From Escherichia coli (lineage in GTDB: Bacteria > Pseudomonadota > Gammaproteobacteria > Enterobacterales > Enterobacteriaceae), in the NCBI RefSeq assembly GCF_003991155.1, contig NZ_CP031293.1: a stretch of DNA of 64,000 nucleotides; one strand, given 5' to 3'. Shown in pieces: positions 35,435-48,907 of the stretch (positions are counted from its first letter, which is position 1; each line of letters starts with the position of its first letter). Made by a program: the position numbers and the translations under genes. The notes under the pieces are model-generated. The model saw only the letters and a program-made list of their open reading frames with translations. It was not told where the DNA came from and did not search any database.

Positions 35435-36415
35435 TTATTTCGCGTTGTAATTACGCAGCGCGTTACGCCCAAGCACAATCCCCGCGCCAACCATGCCGCC
35501 CAGCAGCACTGCCAGAATCAAGGTAATTGCCTTTTTCGGACTATCGCGACGAATAGGTAACGTCGGTTTCATCACATAACGGTAAGCATGAATATCAAGA
35601 TCATCAACCTTTAAGCTTTCGATATCAAGCAGGTTTTGACGAGTCTGATAGTAGTTTGGTGAGAACACCAACGGACGGGTCGCCTCATGCTTAATCATCG
35701 ACTCCAGCGCTTCGCTCCCCAAAAGGAACAACGTATCTTGTGTGATATCTTCGCCAGTCTGTTGAATCTGCGGTTTTGTCACCTGCGCCTGATTCGCATA
35801 CTGCAACGCTTCCTGAATCTGACGGATACGCAGATCTTTCTGCTCCTGCGCAACCACTTCCTGCGTTCTTAAAGAGTCCTGCAAGTTTTTCCGTCCCAGA
35901 GCAATGTTGTCCTTGAGATCCTTTTCTAACTCTTGATTCACTTTATCGTCAACTTGCTGAATGTATTGGGCCAACTTCATTTGTGCGCCCTCTGCAGTTT
36001 GCCCAACATAAGAAACAGTCAATGGTAATTGCTGGTTCTTAACAGAAGGTTCGATGGTAAGTTTTTCTGGTTCTTCCTGATTATCCAGCGTTTCTGCTAA
36101 TGCAGAGAAGGCAGAACTGAAGCGACCAATTAACGTCTCCTGCAAATCCGATACTTTCGGTGCAGCCTGACCATAGATAACATTCATGGCATTGTTATAG
36201 CCAGCAATTTGCCCCACATCGGGCTGAGTGATAATTGCTGTTGACGTCCATTTCTCCTTCGCTACTGCCAAATATCCAATAGCCAGGGCAATAGCCACAA
36301 TGACGGAAATGATGATTGTCATCTTGCCACGCCACAACTGCACTAGTAAATCAATCAAATCAATCTGTTCCGGGTCATGGTTTTGCCCAGAAACATTATT
36401 ATTTTCTACTCTCAT
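35435..36415 (-). CDS. wzzB: O-antigen chain length determinant
   Basis: E. coli WzzB, start MRVENNNVSGQ. Confidence 0.85.
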   Translation of the reverse strand: MRVENNNVSGQNHDPEQIDLIDLLVQLWRGKMTIIISVIVAIALAIGYLAVAKEKWTSTAIITQPDVGQIAGYNNAMNVIYGQAAPKVSDLQETLIGRFSSAFSALAETLDNQEEPEKLTIEPSVKNQQLPLTVSYVGQTAEGAQMKLAQYIQQVDDKVNQELEKDLKDNIALGRKNLQDSLRTQEVVAQEQKDLRIRQIQEALQYANQAQVTKPQIQQTGEDITQDTLFLLGSEALESMIKHEATRPLVFSPNYYQTRQNLLDIESLKVDDLDIHAYRYVMKPTLPIRRDSPKKAITLILAVLLGGMVGAGIVLGRNALRNYNAK

Positions 36416-36560
36416 CATTACCCTAACTGACGGAAATTTCCAAGTCCGCATAGTTTAGCGATAATCCTCATGAATGCTATAGGATAATTGATAAAAATAA
36501 TGAATTGTTACGCAAGTAACAAAAGACAATCAGGGCGTAAATAGCCCTGATAACAGGATG

Positions 36561-37736
<1,176 letters not shown>

Positions 37737-37974
37737 TCAGAATTAACTTAACTGTGAATCATGATGTTTTTAGCATCCTGATAAGAGTTAAAAGTTTTAA
37801 CGCTACGTTGTAAGATGGTCAACGCAACGAAAAACAATTCAGAATTTCTTTATAAGAATAGCTGATATTTATTAAGTTAATATTAAGCAGTGAAATTTAG
37901 TCTATAAGATAATTGGTAAAAAAAACCCGGCATAATATACGCCGGGCCTCAATTTTATTGTTGATTAAATCAGA

Positions 37975-39381
37975 TTAATCCAGCCATTCGGTATGGAACA
38001 CACCTTCTTTATCAATACGCTTATAAGTATGCGCACCAAAATAGTCACGCTGTGCCTGGATCAGGTTCGCAGGCAGAACAGCAGCACGGTAGCTGTCGTA
38101 ATAGGCAACCGCTGCGGAGAAGGTCGGAACCGGAATACCGTTCTGTACTGCATAAGCAACGACATCACGCAGCGCCTGCTGGTAGTCATCGGCAATTTGC
38201 TTGAAGTACGGAGCCAGCAGCAGGTTAGCGATCTGCGGATTTTCGGCATAAGCATCGGTGATTTTCTGCAGGAACTGCGCACGGATGATGCAGCCAGCAC
38301 GGAAAATCTTCGCGATTTCGCCGTAGTTCAGATCCCAGTTGTACTCTTCAGACGCAGCACGCAGCTGAGAGAAGCCCTGGGCGTAAGAAACGATTTTGCC
38401 CAGATACAGCGCACGACGAACTTTTTCGATGAACTCAGCCTTGTCGCCTGCTGGCTGTGCTTGCGGACCAGAGAGAACTTTAGATGCGGCAACACGCTGA
38501 TCTTTCAGAGAAGAGATATAACGTGCAAACACAGACTCGGTAATCAGCGACAGCGGTTCGCCGAGATCCAGCGCGCTCTGGCTGGTCCATTTACCGGTAC
38601 CTTTGTTAGCCGCTTCATCCAGGATCACATCAACCAGGTAGTTACCGTCTTCATCTTTTTTGGTGAAGATATCTTTGGTGATGTCGATCAGGTAACTGCT
38701 CAGTTCACCGTTATTCCACTCGGTAAAGGTCTGCGCCAGTTCTTCGTTGGTGAGGTTCAGGCCACCTTTAAGCAGAGAATAGGCTTCAGCAATCAGTTGC
38801 ATATCACCGTATTCGATACCGTTGTGAACCATCTTCACATAATGGCCTGCGCCATCGGCACCAATATAGGTAACGCATGGCTCCCCGTCTTCAGCTACTG
38901 CGGCGATTTTGGTCAGGATTGGTGCAACCAGTTCATAGGCTTCTTTCTGCCCACCAGGCATAATAGAAGGACCTTTCAGCGCGCCTTCTTCACCACCGGA
39001 GACACCGGTACCAATGAAGTTAAAGCCTTCGGCAGAAAGTTCACGGTTACGACGAATGGTGTCCTGGAAGAAGGTATTGCCACCATCAATGATGATGTCA
39101 CCTTTATCGAGATATGGTTTGAGGGAATCAATAGCAGCATCCGTGCCTGCACCTGCTTTCACCATTAACAGGATGCGACGAGGCGTTTCCAGAGATTCAA
39201 CAAACTCTTTCACCGTATAGTAAGGAACCAGTTTCTTGCCTGGATTTTCGGCAATCACTTCTTCCGTCTTTTCACGGGAACGGTTGAAAATAGAGACGGT
39301 ATAACCACGGCTTTCGATGTTGAGCGCAAGGTTGCGCCCCATCACTGCCATACCGACGACGCCGATCTGTTGCTTTGACAT
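37975..39381 (-). CDS. gnd: 6-phosphogluconate dehydrogenase (decarboxylating)
   Basis: E. coli Gnd, 468 aa. Confidence 0.9.
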   Translation of the reverse strand: MSKQQIGVVGMAVMGRNLALNIESRGYTVSIFNRSREKTEEVIAENPGKKLVPYYTVKEFVESLETPRRILLMVKAGAGTDAAIDSLKPYLDKGDIIIDGGNTFFQDTIRRNRELSAEGFNFIGTGVSGGEEGALKGPSIMPGGQKEAYELVAPILTKIAAVAEDGEPCVTYIGADGAGHYVKMVHNGIEYGDMQLIAEAYSLLKGGLNLTNEELAQTFTEWNNGELSSYLIDITKDIFTKKDEDGNYLVDVILDEAANKGTGKWTSQSALDLGEPLSLITESVFARYISSLKDQRVAASKVLSGPQAQPAGDKAEFIEKVRRALYLGKIVSYAQGFSQLRAASEEYNWDLNYGEIAKIFRAGCIIRAQFLQKITDAYAENPQIANLLLAPYFKQIADDYQQALRDVVAYAVQNGIPVPTFSAAVAYYDSYRAAVLPANLIQAQRDYFGAHTYKRIDKEGVFHTEWLD

Positions 39382-39544
39382 TGTATACTCCTGTCAGGGG
39401 GTGTTCACCGCCGAGTGTGCGGCTTAAATGTGGTATAGATGTTAACTCACTCATAGAGATGGTGAATAGCAGTACCTTTGCTATACCACACTGAATATCT
39501 CATCTTTTCCGTCTTTTAAAACTTATTTATATGAAATTACTGAA

Positions 39545-40915
39545 TTACTTGTTCAATAACGCAAGGATAAGTTTTGTCTTTTCTTCCATCAGCGGCACAT
39601 CACCGCGCGATTCCACATTCAGGCGCACCACCGGTTCGGTGTTGGAGGAGCGCAGGTTAAAGCGCCAGTCGGCAAAGGTCATGCTGATGCCATCGGTGCG
39701 ATCCACCGCCAGCGCCTCACGGCTAAAATGCTGTTCGACGCGATTAATCGCCTCAGCGGGTTGCGCCAGTTTGCTGTTGATCTCACCGCTTGCCGGAAAC
39801 GCTGCCATCCGGTCGCGCACCAGTTCGCCCAGCGTTTTTCCTTTCAGACACACCAGTTCGGCGACCAGCAGCCACGGGATCATGCCGCTGTCGCAGTAAG
39901 CGAAATCACGGAAATAGTGGTGGGCGCTCATTTCGCCACCGTAGATGGCGTCTTCCTTGCGCATACGTTCTTTAATAAAGGCGTGTCCGGTTTTCGACAT
40001 CACCGGTGTGCCGCCCGCGGCGGTCACCACATCAACGGTATTCCAAGAGAGACGTGGATCGTGGATGATCTTCGCGCCGGGATTTTTTTCGAGGAACGCT
40101 TCTGCCAGCAGGCCGACAATGTAGTAGCCCTCGATAAACTGCCCTTTTTCGTCAAACAGGAAACAGCGGTCAAAATCGCCATCAAAGGCAATGCCCATAT
40201 CCGCGCCGTGTTTAATGACCGCATTGCGGGTGTCGTCGCGACATTCCGGCAGCAGCGGGTTAGGAATACCGTTGGGGAAATTGCCGTCCGGCGTGTTGTG
40301 CACTTTGATCAATTCCACAGGTGCGCCGAGGGCTTTAAAGCGGGCTTCGATAGCGTCCACCACCGGACCCGCTGCGCCGTTCCCGGAGTTGATCACCAGC
40401 TTGAGCGGCGTGAGGTTTTTGACATTGATATAACCGAACAGGTGATCAACGTAAGCGTCACGCAGGTTGATTTGCTGATAGCGACCGCATTTGGTTTCAT
40501 CGACGGGAGGAAAGTCGTTGGCTTCAGCCAGACGCTGGACGTCGCGCAGTCCGGTATCTCCGCTGATCGGGCGAGCCCCCTCGCGAACCAGCTTCATGCC
40601 ATTATAATCCATCGGATTATGGCTGGCGGTAACTTCGATGCCGCCATCCACGCCGAGATGGAACGTGGCGAAATAGATCTCTTCGGTGCCGGACATGCCG
40701 ATATCCAGCACATCGACGCCCGCATCCTGTAAACCTCTCGCCAGCGCCAGTTTTAAGGTTTCGCTGGTGAGGCGGACGTCACCGCCTAACACAATGGTTT
40801 TCGGTTTGAGAAATTCGCCATAGGCGCGACCAATGCGCCACGCAATATCTTCATTCAGTTCTTCGCCTAATTTCCCGCGAATATCATAGGCTTTAAAGCA
40901 GGTTAATTTTTTCAT
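39545..40915 (-). CDS. manB: Phosphomannomutase (O-antigen cluster copy)
   Basis: 456 aa; near-identical in nucleotide sequence to cpsG at 62266-63636 except the 3' about 45 nt. Confidence 0.85.
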   Translation of the reverse strand: MKKLTCFKAYDIRGKLGEELNEDIAWRIGRAYGEFLKPKTIVLGGDVRLTSETLKLALARGLQDAGVDVLDIGMSGTEEIYFATFHLGVDGGIEVTASHNPMDYNGMKLVREGARPISGDTGLRDVQRLAEANDFPPVDETKCGRYQQINLRDAYVDHLFGYINVKNLTPLKLVINSGNGAAGPVVDAIEARFKALGAPVELIKVHNTPDGNFPNGIPNPLLPECRDDTRNAVIKHGADMGIAFDGDFDRCFLFDEKGQFIEGYYIVGLLAEAFLEKNPGAKIIHDPRLSWNTVDVVTAAGGTPVMSKTGHAFIKERMRKEDAIYGGEMSAHHYFRDFAYCDSGMIPWLLVAELVCLKGKTLGELVRDRMAAFPASGEINSKLAQPAEAINRVEQHFSREALAVDRTDGISMTFADWRFNLRSSNTEPVVRLNVESRGDVPLMEEKTKLILALLNK

Positions 40916-40939
40916 ATAAAAACCTTACCAATAATAAAA

Positions 40940-41698
40940 TTATTTATGCGCAAACAATTGCATTAGTTTTGAGATTTTTCTGATAATGATAGCAATTTTC
41001 CAATTTACATTATGGTTTTTCATAACTTCTACAATTTCCTTTGTACTTGATATCGCGTTATCAATTCTGGTACTTTCCCCACCCAATCTCATCTTTACAA
41101 ATACTTGAGGAACATAAATAACTTTAATATCATCACGTTTCAAAATCCTGACCATCTGATCATAGTCTGCAGCAATCCTATAGGATAAATCAAAATATCC
41201 ATCGTCTTTATATAATTCCCTCCTCATATAGAAAGATGGATGCGGTGGTGCCCAGCCTAATGATAGCTTAGAACGTTTAAAAGGACCACTACGCCAGTAT
41301 CGTTTGATTATATCAGTTTGGTTTTTTTCGAAAAAAACCAAATCACCGTATACAACATCCGCTTTTGTCTCATGGAAACGGCTTACAATAGTTTCAATAA
41401 TATCAGGTCTTGCTAAAAGGTCATCAGAATGAACGAATCCAATAATATCTCCCGTAGATAAATTTATACCTTTATTTAAAGCATCATAGATACCGTTATC
41501 GCTTTCTGATAGACATTTGGTTACTCTTGTTGATACTTCGTTAATTAGTTTTAACGTATTATCTGTAGAACCACCATCAATAATTATATACTCTATATCT
41601 TTATAGGTTTGCAACTCTATTGACTCTAAAGTATCCCTTAAAGTCTTTTCACTATTATAAGTCACTGTAATAATACTGACTTTCATTTTAACATCCAA
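40940..41698 (-). CDS. Glycosyltransferase family 2
   Basis: VSIITVTYNSEKTL...IIIDGGSTDNT GT2 signature. Confidence 0.75.
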   Translation of the reverse strand: MDVKMKVSIITVTYNSEKTLRDTLESIELQTYKDIEYIIIDGGSTDNTLKLINEVSTRVTKCLSESDNGIYDALNKGINLSTGDIIGFVHSDDLLARPDIIETIVSRFHETKADVVYGDLVFFEKNQTDIIKRYWRSGPFKRSKLSLGWAPPHPSFYMRRELYKDDGYFDLSYRIAADYDQMVRILKRDDIKVIYVPQVFVKMRLGGESTRIDNAISSTKEIVEVMKNHNVNWKIAIIIRKISKLMQLFAHK

Positions 41699-41769
41699 TA
41701 ATAATCATAATTAAATAACGTCAGTACAGCATTACGAATAATAATGTTGCATTAGTATCCAGCATCATT

Positions 41770-43170
41770 TTAGATTCTAACAACATCATCTTCATCCAAG
41801 TAGACACCTGAACGTACCTCAATAATCTCCAAAGGGATCTTTCCTGGATTCTCAATAAAATGAGGTACACCTATTGGTATATAAGTTGATTCATTTTCAG
41901 AAACAAGAAATATTTCATCTTCATAATGGACTTTTGCTGTTCCAGAAACAACAATCCAATGCTCAGTACGATGGTAATGAATCTGTTTAGCAGTTTTATG
42001 TCCAGGATGAATAACGACATGTTTAACCTCAAATCGAGATCCTTCCGCTATAGAGTCATGACTGCCCCATGGCCTAAATATTTCACGATGCTGCAGATAT
42101 TCCGTACGGTTATTAACCTTAAGTTTTTCTACAATATTTTTTACCTGTTGAACTTTATCTTTATGCGCAACGAGAATAGCATCTTTAGTTTCAACAACTA
42201 CTAAATCTTTAACTCCTACTACACCAATTAATCTATGTTGTGAGTAAAGATAACTGTCAGAAGAATCATGAATTAATACATCTCCTCTAATTGCATTTCC
42301 ACTTTTATCTTTTCTGCTAATTTCCCATAATGCAGACCAAGAACCAACATCGCTCCAGTGGGCATTTAATGGAACTACCACAGCCTCTGTTGTTTTCTCC
42401 ATAACAGCGTAATCAATGGATTCTTCAGGGCAACAACTAAATGAGTCATTATCTATACGGATAAAATCAAGATCTTGTGTAGAGGACTTCAATGCTTGTT
42501 GGCATATTTTTAGTATGTCTGGTCTAAATTTATTCAACTCATCAATAAACACAGAAGCCCTAAACATGAATATTCCACTATTCCAAAGATAATCTCCATC
42601 TTCAAGATATTTTTTGGCCACATCTAGCTCAGGCTTTTCAACAAAAGCAGAAACTTTAAAACCATATTCATTTAAATTTTCTCCGGTTTTTATGTAGCCA
42701 TATCCAGTTTCGGGTTTGGTTGGCACAATACCAAAAGTTACCAGCTTACCTTCCTCTGCAAATTCTTTTGCAGCCAATATTGACGATATAAAGCGCTTTT
42801 GGTCTTGTATTTCATGATCGGCTGCTAGTACAAGCAGTATTGGATCCTCACCTGATGAAATCGCTTTAAGAGCAGCAAGCGCAACTGCGGGGGCTGTATT
42901 ACGACCTATCGGCTCTAGTAAAATGCCACTATTCGCTAAATTTACATTACGCATTTGTTCTGCAACGATAAAACGATGAACTTCATTACAAATAACCAGA
43001 GCAGGACGATGTTCAACCCCTTCAAGCCTTCTTAAGGTCTCTTGTAGCATAGTCAAACGACTAGTTAACGATAGGAATTGCTTCGGATATAGTGTTCGAG
43101 AAAGTGGCCACAATCTAGTTCCAGAACCACCGGCCATTACAACAGGAAGTAGCATATAAATAACCTTCAC
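41770..43170 (-). CDS. manC: Mannose-1-phosphate guanylyltransferase / mannose-6-phosphate isomerase
   Basis: AGGSGTRLWPLSR motif, C-terminal cupin; start codon ambiguous. Confidence 0.85.
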   Translation of the reverse strand: MKVIYMLLPVVMAGGSGTRLWPLSRTLYPKQFLSLTSRLTMLQETLRRLEGVEHRPALVICNEVHRFIVAEQMRNVNLANSGILLEPIGRNTAPAVALAALKAISSGEDPILLVLAADHEIQDQKRFISSILAAKEFAEEGKLVTFGIVPTKPETGYGYIKTGENLNEYGFKVSAFVEKPELDVAKKYLEDGDYLWNSGIFMFRASVFIDELNKFRPDILKICQQALKSSTQDLDFIRIDNDSFSCCPEESIDYAVMEKTTEAVVVPLNAHWSDVGSWSALWEISRKDKSGNAIRGDVLIHDSSDSYLYSQHRLIGVVGVKDLVVVETKDAILVAHKDKVQQVKNIVEKLKVNNRTEYLQHREIFRPWGSHDSIAEGSRFEVKHVVIHPGHKTAKQIHYHRTEHWIVVSGTAKVHYEDEIFLVSENESTYIPIGVPHFIENPGKIPLEIIEVRSGVYLDEDDVVRI

Positions 43171-43622
43171 TTAAAATAATTTTTTGTGTACTGATGAACT
43201 GAGGAATTAGCTAACAATTCGGCTATATCGAACCAATTGTAAGTACTATGTTGTAGTGTTGGATAGTTAATTTGATGTGGCATCAAACTAATCTCATATC
43301 CGTGTACGACATAATGAGTTGAAAAACAAGTCCCAGAAAAATTGTCGCTGTAGAAATGTTCATAAATCCCAAGAAATTTTGCTTCATTAATGCTAATTTG
43401 AACACCCAATTCTTCTAAAGTAACTCTTTTGAATGCGTTCTCGAAAGACTCATCTTTAAGAATCCGTCCCCCCGGCACAAACCAATAATTTTGTGCTGGA
43501 CGATTAAGGCGCTGACCAAGCAGCGCCTTACCATCTTCGTTTCTTATAATAAGGTCTATCGAGATTAGTGGAGTATGTTCAACTATTGATTTAAATAACT
43601 CTGTTTCTAATCTCTTGTTCAA
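43167..43622 (-). CDS. gmm: GDP-mannose mannosyl hydrolase (Nudix)
   Basis: Homolog of E. coli Gmm/NudD (RPAQNYWFVPGGR). Confidence 0.8.
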   Translation of the reverse strand: MNKRLETELFKSIVEHTPLISIDLIIRNEDGKALLGQRLNRPAQNYWFVPGGRILKDESFENAFKRVTLEELGVQISINEAKFLGIYEHFYSDNFSGTCFSTHYVVHGYEISLMPHQINYPTLQHSTYNWFDIAELLANSSVHQYTKNYFK

Positions 43623-43624
43623 TA

Positions 43625-44590
43625 TTAACTCCTAAATGAGTCAAGATTATTTATAAACCATTTATATGTTAATTCTAGTCCTTGTTTTAAATTATAACGA
43701 TATTTCCAACCCAAATTCTCAAGGCGTGTAACATCCATAAGTTTACGAGGCGAACCATCTGGTTTTGTTATATCAAAAACAATTTTTCCATCATAGCCAA
43801 CAACTAAAGCCATTGTTTCTGCCATTTCACGTATGGAACAATCAACACCAGTACCTACGTTAATATGAGATAACATTGGTTGAGTATTTTTTTTATAAAT
43901 TTCATCATCAAGCTCCATCACATATACTGATGCAGCGGCCATATCATCAACATATAAAAACTCGCGTTTTGGAGTTCCCGTTCCCCAGACAACCACTTCA
44001 TTTAAACCAAGTTCCTTTGCTTCATGAAAACGCCGCATAAGCGCTGGAATTACATGTGAGTTATTGGGATGAAAATTATCATTCATACCATATAAGTTAG
44101 TAGGCATTACACTGCGATAATCACATCCATATTGGCGATTATAAGATTCACATAGCTTTATACCTGCTATTTTGGAAATAGCATAAGGCTCATTAGTAGG
44201 CTCAAGAGTTCCCGTCAAAAGTGCAGATTCTTTCATTGGCTGTTCTGCAAACTTTGGATAGATACAACTTGACCCTAAGAATAATAGTTTCTTTATGCCC
44301 GCTTTGTAAGATGAGTGAATAATATTGCTTTCAATAAGAAGGTTCTGATAAATAAATTCAGCTGGAAAAGTGTTATTAGCATGAATTCCTCCTACTTTTG
44401 CTGCTGCAAGGTAAACCTGATCTATTCTCTCTTGCTCAAAAAAACATTCAACATCCTTTTGAACTGTCAAATCGAGTTCTTTGTGAGTTTTGACAATTAA
44501 CTCAACATCATTACGTGCTAATAATTGACGACAAATAGCAGAACCAACCATCCCACGATGTCCAGCCACAAAAATTCGCTTCTTGGTCAT
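43625..44590 (-). CDS. fcl: GDP-L-fucose synthase
   Basis: 321 aa SDR, Fcl-like. Confidence 0.9.
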   Translation of the reverse strand: MTKKRIFVAGHRGMVGSAICRQLLARNDVELIVKTHKELDLTVQKDVECFFEQERIDQVYLAAAKVGGIHANNTFPAEFIYQNLLIESNIIHSSYKAGIKKLLFLGSSCIYPKFAEQPMKESALLTGTLEPTNEPYAISKIAGIKLCESYNRQYGCDYRSVMPTNLYGMNDNFHPNNSHVIPALMRRFHEAKELGLNEVVVWGTGTPKREFLYVDDMAAASVYVMELDDEIYKKNTQPMLSHINVGTGVDCSIREMAETMALVVGYDGKIVFDITKPDGSPRKLMDVTRLENLGWKYRYNLKQGLELTYKWFINNLDSFRS

Positions 44591-44593
44591 ACT

Positions 44594-45715
44594 TTAACGC
44601 TCCAAAGAGACTGCCACGTCAAAACCATGGCTTTTAAGAAGTGCATGCTGTTTAGCTTTTTCTAAATCACTAGCCACCATTTCTGCACACATTTCTTCAA
44701 CTGTAATCTCTGGCTCCCAACCCAAGACATTTTTTGCTTTTGTTGGATCACCAAGAAGAGTTTCAACTTCTGCTGGTCGAAAATAACGAGGGTCAACGCG
44801 AACAATAACATCACCAATATTAACACCAACGGCGCAATCTGATGTTTTATTTACAACAAATGCAATCTCATCAACACCAGTACCGGAAAACTCAAGTTCA
44901 AGTCCAACTTCTTTAGCAGACATACGGACAAATTCACGTACAGATATTTGTTTGCCGGTGGCAATAACAAAGTCTTCTGGCTGGTCTTGTTGAAGCATCA
45001 TCCATTGCATACGAACATAATCTTTCGCATGCCCCCAATCGCGTAAAGAATCCATGTTGCCAAGATATAAGCATTTTTCTATTCCCTGCGATATATTAGC
45101 TATAGCACGTGTGATTTTACGTGTTACAAACGTTTCCCCACGACGTGGGGATTCATGATTGAACAAAATACCGTTACATGCATACATTCCATAAGACTCA
45201 CGATAGTTTACAGTGATCCAATATGCATACAGTTTAGCTACGGCATAAGGTGAACGAGGATAGAACGGCGTTGTCTCTTTTTGTGGAACTTCCTGAACTA
45301 ATCCATACAATTCAGAGGTTGACGCCTGATAAAATCGGGTTTTTTTTTCTAATCCCAAAAAACGAATAGCTTCCAATAATCGTAAAGTACCTATAGCATC
45401 AACATCAGCTGTATATTCTGGGGATTCGAAGGAAACAGCTACGTGACTCATTGCGCCAAGATTATAAACTTCATCAGGTTGAACTTCAGATAATATCCGA
45501 GTCAAATTAGAAGTATCTGTTAAATCACCATAATGAAGTTGTAATTTTAAATTACGATGGTGTGGGTCTTGATATATATGATCAATACGGTCAGTATTAA
45601 ACAAGGAAGATCGACGTTTTATTCCATGAACCTCATAGCCTTTTTTAAGCAGAAATTCTGCCAAGTAGGAACCATCTTGCCCGGTAATTCCTGTAATTAA
45701 AGCTTTCTTACACAT
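44594..45715 (-). CDS. gmd: GDP-mannose 4,6-dehydratase
   Basis: 373 aa, [15 protein letters not shown] motif. Confidence 0.9.
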   Translation of the reverse strand: MCKKALITGITGQDGSYLAEFLLKKGYEVHGIKRRSSLFNTDRIDHIYQDPHHRNLKLQLHYGDLTDTSNLTRILSEVQPDEVYNLGAMSHVAVSFESPEYTADVDAIGTLRLLEAIRFLGLEKKTRFYQASTSELYGLVQEVPQKETTPFYPRSPYAVAKLYAYWITVNYRESYGMYACNGILFNHESPRRGETFVTRKITRAIANISQGIEKCLYLGNMDSLRDWGHAKDYVRMQWMMLQQDQPEDFVIATGKQISVREFVRMSAKEVGLELEFSGTGVDEIAFVVNKTSDCAVGVNIGDVIVRVDPRYFRPAEVETLLGDPTKAKNVLGWEPEITVEEMCAEMVASDLEKAKQHALLKSHGFDVAVSLER

Positions 45716-45725
45716 AAATAACCTC

Positions 45726-46733
45726 TCAAAACTTAGATAGTGATTTATATAGATTATATGTTTCGGAGAAACACTTCCCCCATGAAAATTTATTAGATTG
45801 CGCTAATCCTTTATTTTTTAATTCATTAGCGTTAGCTTCTACACTTAATAAAGCTGAGAATAAACTTTCAATTGATACTTCTTCGACTAAAATCGCACTA
45901 TCCCCCACAACCTCGGGTATTGATGATCTATTTACGGCTATCACAGGACAGCCAGTTCGCATAGCCTCAAGCAAGGGAATTCCAAACCCTTCATATTCTG
46001 AAGGATAGATTAAGCAATAAGCCGAATTATATAATATATTTAGTTTTTCATTTGATACCTTCCCTAAGTACTGGAATCTTTCTGGAAGATATTCAGATAG
46101 TAACTTCATTTCTGCTTTATTTAAACCACCTCCGCCGACTATTTTAAGATTAGTATCAAAAAGTTTAGAAATGGCTTTAACTGCAAGCTCAAAATTTTTA
46201 TATCCTGAACGAGCACCGACAAAAAGCACAAAATTTTCTTTTTCTAGATTTAAGTGTCTATAATCTTCCGATACACCATTATGAATAACATGTATCTTTT
46301 TTTCATCAACCTTAAAGAAATTAATTAAATCCTTGGCTGTATTATTAGAGACACAAATGATTGCATCGCTATGTTTCACAGCCCATCTTTTTTGTAAGCT
46401 ATGAACATTGCGCCGAAGTCCTTTCATATACAATTCATATGTGAAATCGTGGACCGTGGTCACAACCGCATATTCCCCATCTTTCGGAACCCGATAATAT
46501 GTAGAATGAAATATACTGTAATCTGAATCACTTTTTAATGCTTCAAAACATCTATATCGTTCTAAAAACCGGCATGGCCGATGGAGATCATCATTGTGAT
46601 TTTCATTTTTATCATTAAATTGAATGAACTTGTATTCGTCATTTTTTAATCTCTTAATGATTTCTTCAAAGTATACAGTGATACCACCATATGATTGTAA
46701 ACTTTTCACAATCCCATCATATAATATTTTCAT
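45726..46733 (-). CDS. Glycosyltransferase family 1 (GT4-like)
   Basis: [19 protein letters not shown] motif. Confidence 0.75.
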   Translation of the reverse strand: MKILYDGIVKSLQSYGGITVYFEEIIKRLKNDEYKFIQFNDKNENHNDDLHRPCRFLERYRCFEALKSDSDYSIFHSTYYRVPKDGEYAVVTTVHDFTYELYMKGLRRNVHSLQKRWAVKHSDAIICVSNNTAKDLINFFKVDEKKIHVIHNGVSEDYRHLNLEKENFVLFVGARSGYKNFELAVKAISKLFDTNLKIVGGGGLNKAEMKLLSEYLPERFQYLGKVSNEKLNILYNSAYCLIYPSEYEGFGIPLLEAMRTGCPVIAVNRSSIPEVVGDSAILVEEVSIESLFSALLSVEANANELKNKGLAQSNKFSWGKCFSETYNLYKSLSKF

Positions 46734-46801
46734 TTTTTGTTTTCATATATATAGATAACAATACAGTAAGCAATGAAATGGATGATTATAATTGTTTCAA
46801 T

Positions 46802-47818
46802 TTACTCTTTATATCCATTTGGATTCATTGTTTGCCATCTCCATGCATCTTCCACCATATTATTAAGAGTCCTTTTAGCAACCCAACTTAGCTGCTCGTT
46901 TGCTAAGGAAGGATCGGACCAACATTCAGCCACATCTCCATTTCGCTCAGAAACGATACGGAAAGGTATATCGCGTCCTGTTTCCAGTTTAAAAGCGTCG
47001 ATGATATCTAACACACTATAACCTTGACCAGTGCCTAAATTAAAAACTTTAAGCCCCTGGTTTCTATTGAGATTTTTTAAAGCGGCAAGATGCCCCTCAA
47101 CTAAATCGACTACATGGATATAATCTCTTACACCTGTTCCATCTTTTGTCATATATTTATTACCAAAAACATTTAGATAGGGTAATTTTCCAATTGCGAC
47201 TTGCGCAACATAGGGAAACAGGTTATTAGGAGTTCCTAAAGGATCTTCTCCAATTAATCCAGTCTCATGAGCACCTACAGGATTAAAATATCTTAGTATT
47301 GTGATATTTGCGTCGCTATTCGCGTTACAAAAATCACGCAATATATGTTCCACCATAAACTTTGAACGACCGTACGGATTGATCACCTCACCGACAGGGT
47401 GTTTTTCAGATATTGGAACATAATGAGGATTGCCATAGACAGTAGCAGACGAACTAAAAATTAGATTAGAAATATTCGCTTTCTGCATTTCATCAAGTAA
47501 TATTAGAGTCCCCAAAAGATTTGTGTCGTAATATTCTAATGGTTTTTTAATGGACTCGTTAACAGATTTTAAACCCGCAAAATGCATTACAGTAGAAACA
47601 TTATATTTTGAAAAGATATTTTTTAATATATGTCTATCTCTAATATCACCACGTAATTTTTTTATCTTAGATAAGCAAATTTCCTCTACTCGTTCTAGAG
47701 ATTTTGGAGAGGAATTGCAATAATTATCTAGCGATATAACATCATATCCATTTTGCAATAAAGTTAATATAGCATGTGAGCCAATATAGCCAGCCCCACC
47801 AGTCACAAGTATGCTCAT
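46802..47818 (-). CDS. gne: UDP-sugar 4-epimerase (GalE/Gne family)
   Basis: TGGAGYIGSH Rossmann motif, YGRSK catalytic motif. Confidence 0.8.
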   Translation of the reverse strand: MSILVTGGAGYIGSHAILTLLQNGYDVISLDNYCNSSPKSLERVEEICLSKIKKLRGDIRDRHILKNIFSKYNVSTVMHFAGLKSVNESIKKPLEYYDTNLLGTLILLDEMQKANISNLIFSSSATVYGNPHYVPISEKHPVGEVINPYGRSKFMVEHILRDFCNANSDANITILRYFNPVGAHETGLIGEDPLGTPNNLFPYVAQVAIGKLPYLNVFGNKYMTKDGTGVRDYIHVVDLVEGHLAALKNLNRNQGLKVFNLGTGQGYSVLDIIDAFKLETGRDIPFRIVSERNGDVAECWSDPSLANEQLSWVAKRTLNNMVEDAWRWQTMNPNGYKE

Positions 47819-47838
47819 ACTTTAATAGCTCCAATACC

Positions 47839-48906
47839 TTAATTTTCTTGACTATTGGCTCGATTGATCAAACTCATCCACTGAGCACTAACTATTTCTT
47901 CTGTATAATGTCTATTCACGAATAGGAATCCTGCATTTCCGTGTTCGGTTCGTTTAACATTATCTTCAAAGTAAGTTAGTTTTTCCTGAAATTCAATTTG
48001 AGATTGACACACAAATCCGCCACCCGATGAAGAAATCACGCTACTTGTCCCTCCAGATATATCCATTGAAATTACAGGTAATCCGTAGGACATAGCTTCA
48101 AGTATTGTAACAGGAAAACATTCAAAGTATGAACCGGATACAAAAACATCACTTTTTGCCAAAAAAACATCTGTGTTTAAACTCGGTCCATGAAAGTGTA
48201 TTTGGTTGTTATTCTTATATTTAGATTTGAGATACTCCAGCTCTTGACCACCTCCTACAATGTGTAAAACATACTTTTTTGTAGACGGGTGATTTATTAC
48301 TGCATTAATTAACCTTTCAACTCCTTTATCTTTAACAATCCGACCAATATAAATCAAATCAAGAGTTTCTTTTCCTTGATGTATGCGCTTATATTTTTGC
48401 GTTTTGATTGAATTTGGTATAATTACAACCCTTTTACAAAAAGTAAACTTATCTTTTTCCTTGTGAGAATTACAAACTACTACAGCTTTTTTATTAAGAG
48501 ACAAAAGAAATTTAAATACTTTTCTCCAAAAAATACTATTCTTGTCAAATGGATAATGTTCCCAGCAAATAATTTTATTCTTATTATACCGAAAAAAACC
48601 AATCAATAACAATAATGATGATGTAGCTATATCCGTGGAAATTATTAATTCAAGGTCTTTACTTTTGGCACTCAAAAAAAACAAATATTTAATGTAAAAC
48701 CTTAATTTGCTTTCTTCATATGCAGTATTGTCTTGGAATAAGTAGGTTTTCCGATTATCTTCTCTAACTTGTATCTCTTGTGCGTTTATTGCTGAAAAAC
48801 ATCTCACTTGTAGGCTGTTTTTAGTTAATATATCAATTAGATTTTCAACTGCTTTCTCAGTGCCACCTATTTTATTTTCATACAGCTTAAAGACTCCAAT
48901 GGACAT
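47839..48906 (-). CDS. Glycosyltransferase family 1
   Basis: EAMSYGLPVIS motif. Confidence 0.7.
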   Translation of the reverse strand: MSIGVFKLYENKIGGTEKAVENLIDILTKNSLQVRCFSAINAQEIQVREDNRKTYLFQDNTAYEESKLRFYIKYLFFLSAKSKDLELIISTDIATSSLLLLIGFFRYNKNKIICWEHYPFDKNSIFWRKVFKFLLSLNKKAVVVCNSHKEKDKFTFCKRVVIIPNSIKTQKYKRIHQGKETLDLIYIGRIVKDKGVERLINAVINHPSTKKYVLHIVGGGQELEYLKSKYKNNNQIHFHGPSLNTDVFLAKSDVFVSGSYFECFPVTILEAMSYGLPVISMDISGGTSSVISSSGGGFVCQSQIEFQEKLTYFEDNVKRTEHGNAGFLFVNRHYTEEIVSAQWMSLINRANSQEN

Positions 48907-48907
48907 T

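Noticed and set aside
37993-39168. 391-aa plus-strand ORF
   Set aside because: Antisense to gnd; the translation is low-complexity with no motif.
39728-40732. 334-aa plus-strand ORF (and its twin at 62245-63453)
   Set aside because: Antisense to manB/cpsG, which have clear phosphomannomutase identity on the minus strand; long antisense ORFs are expected in GC-rich genes.
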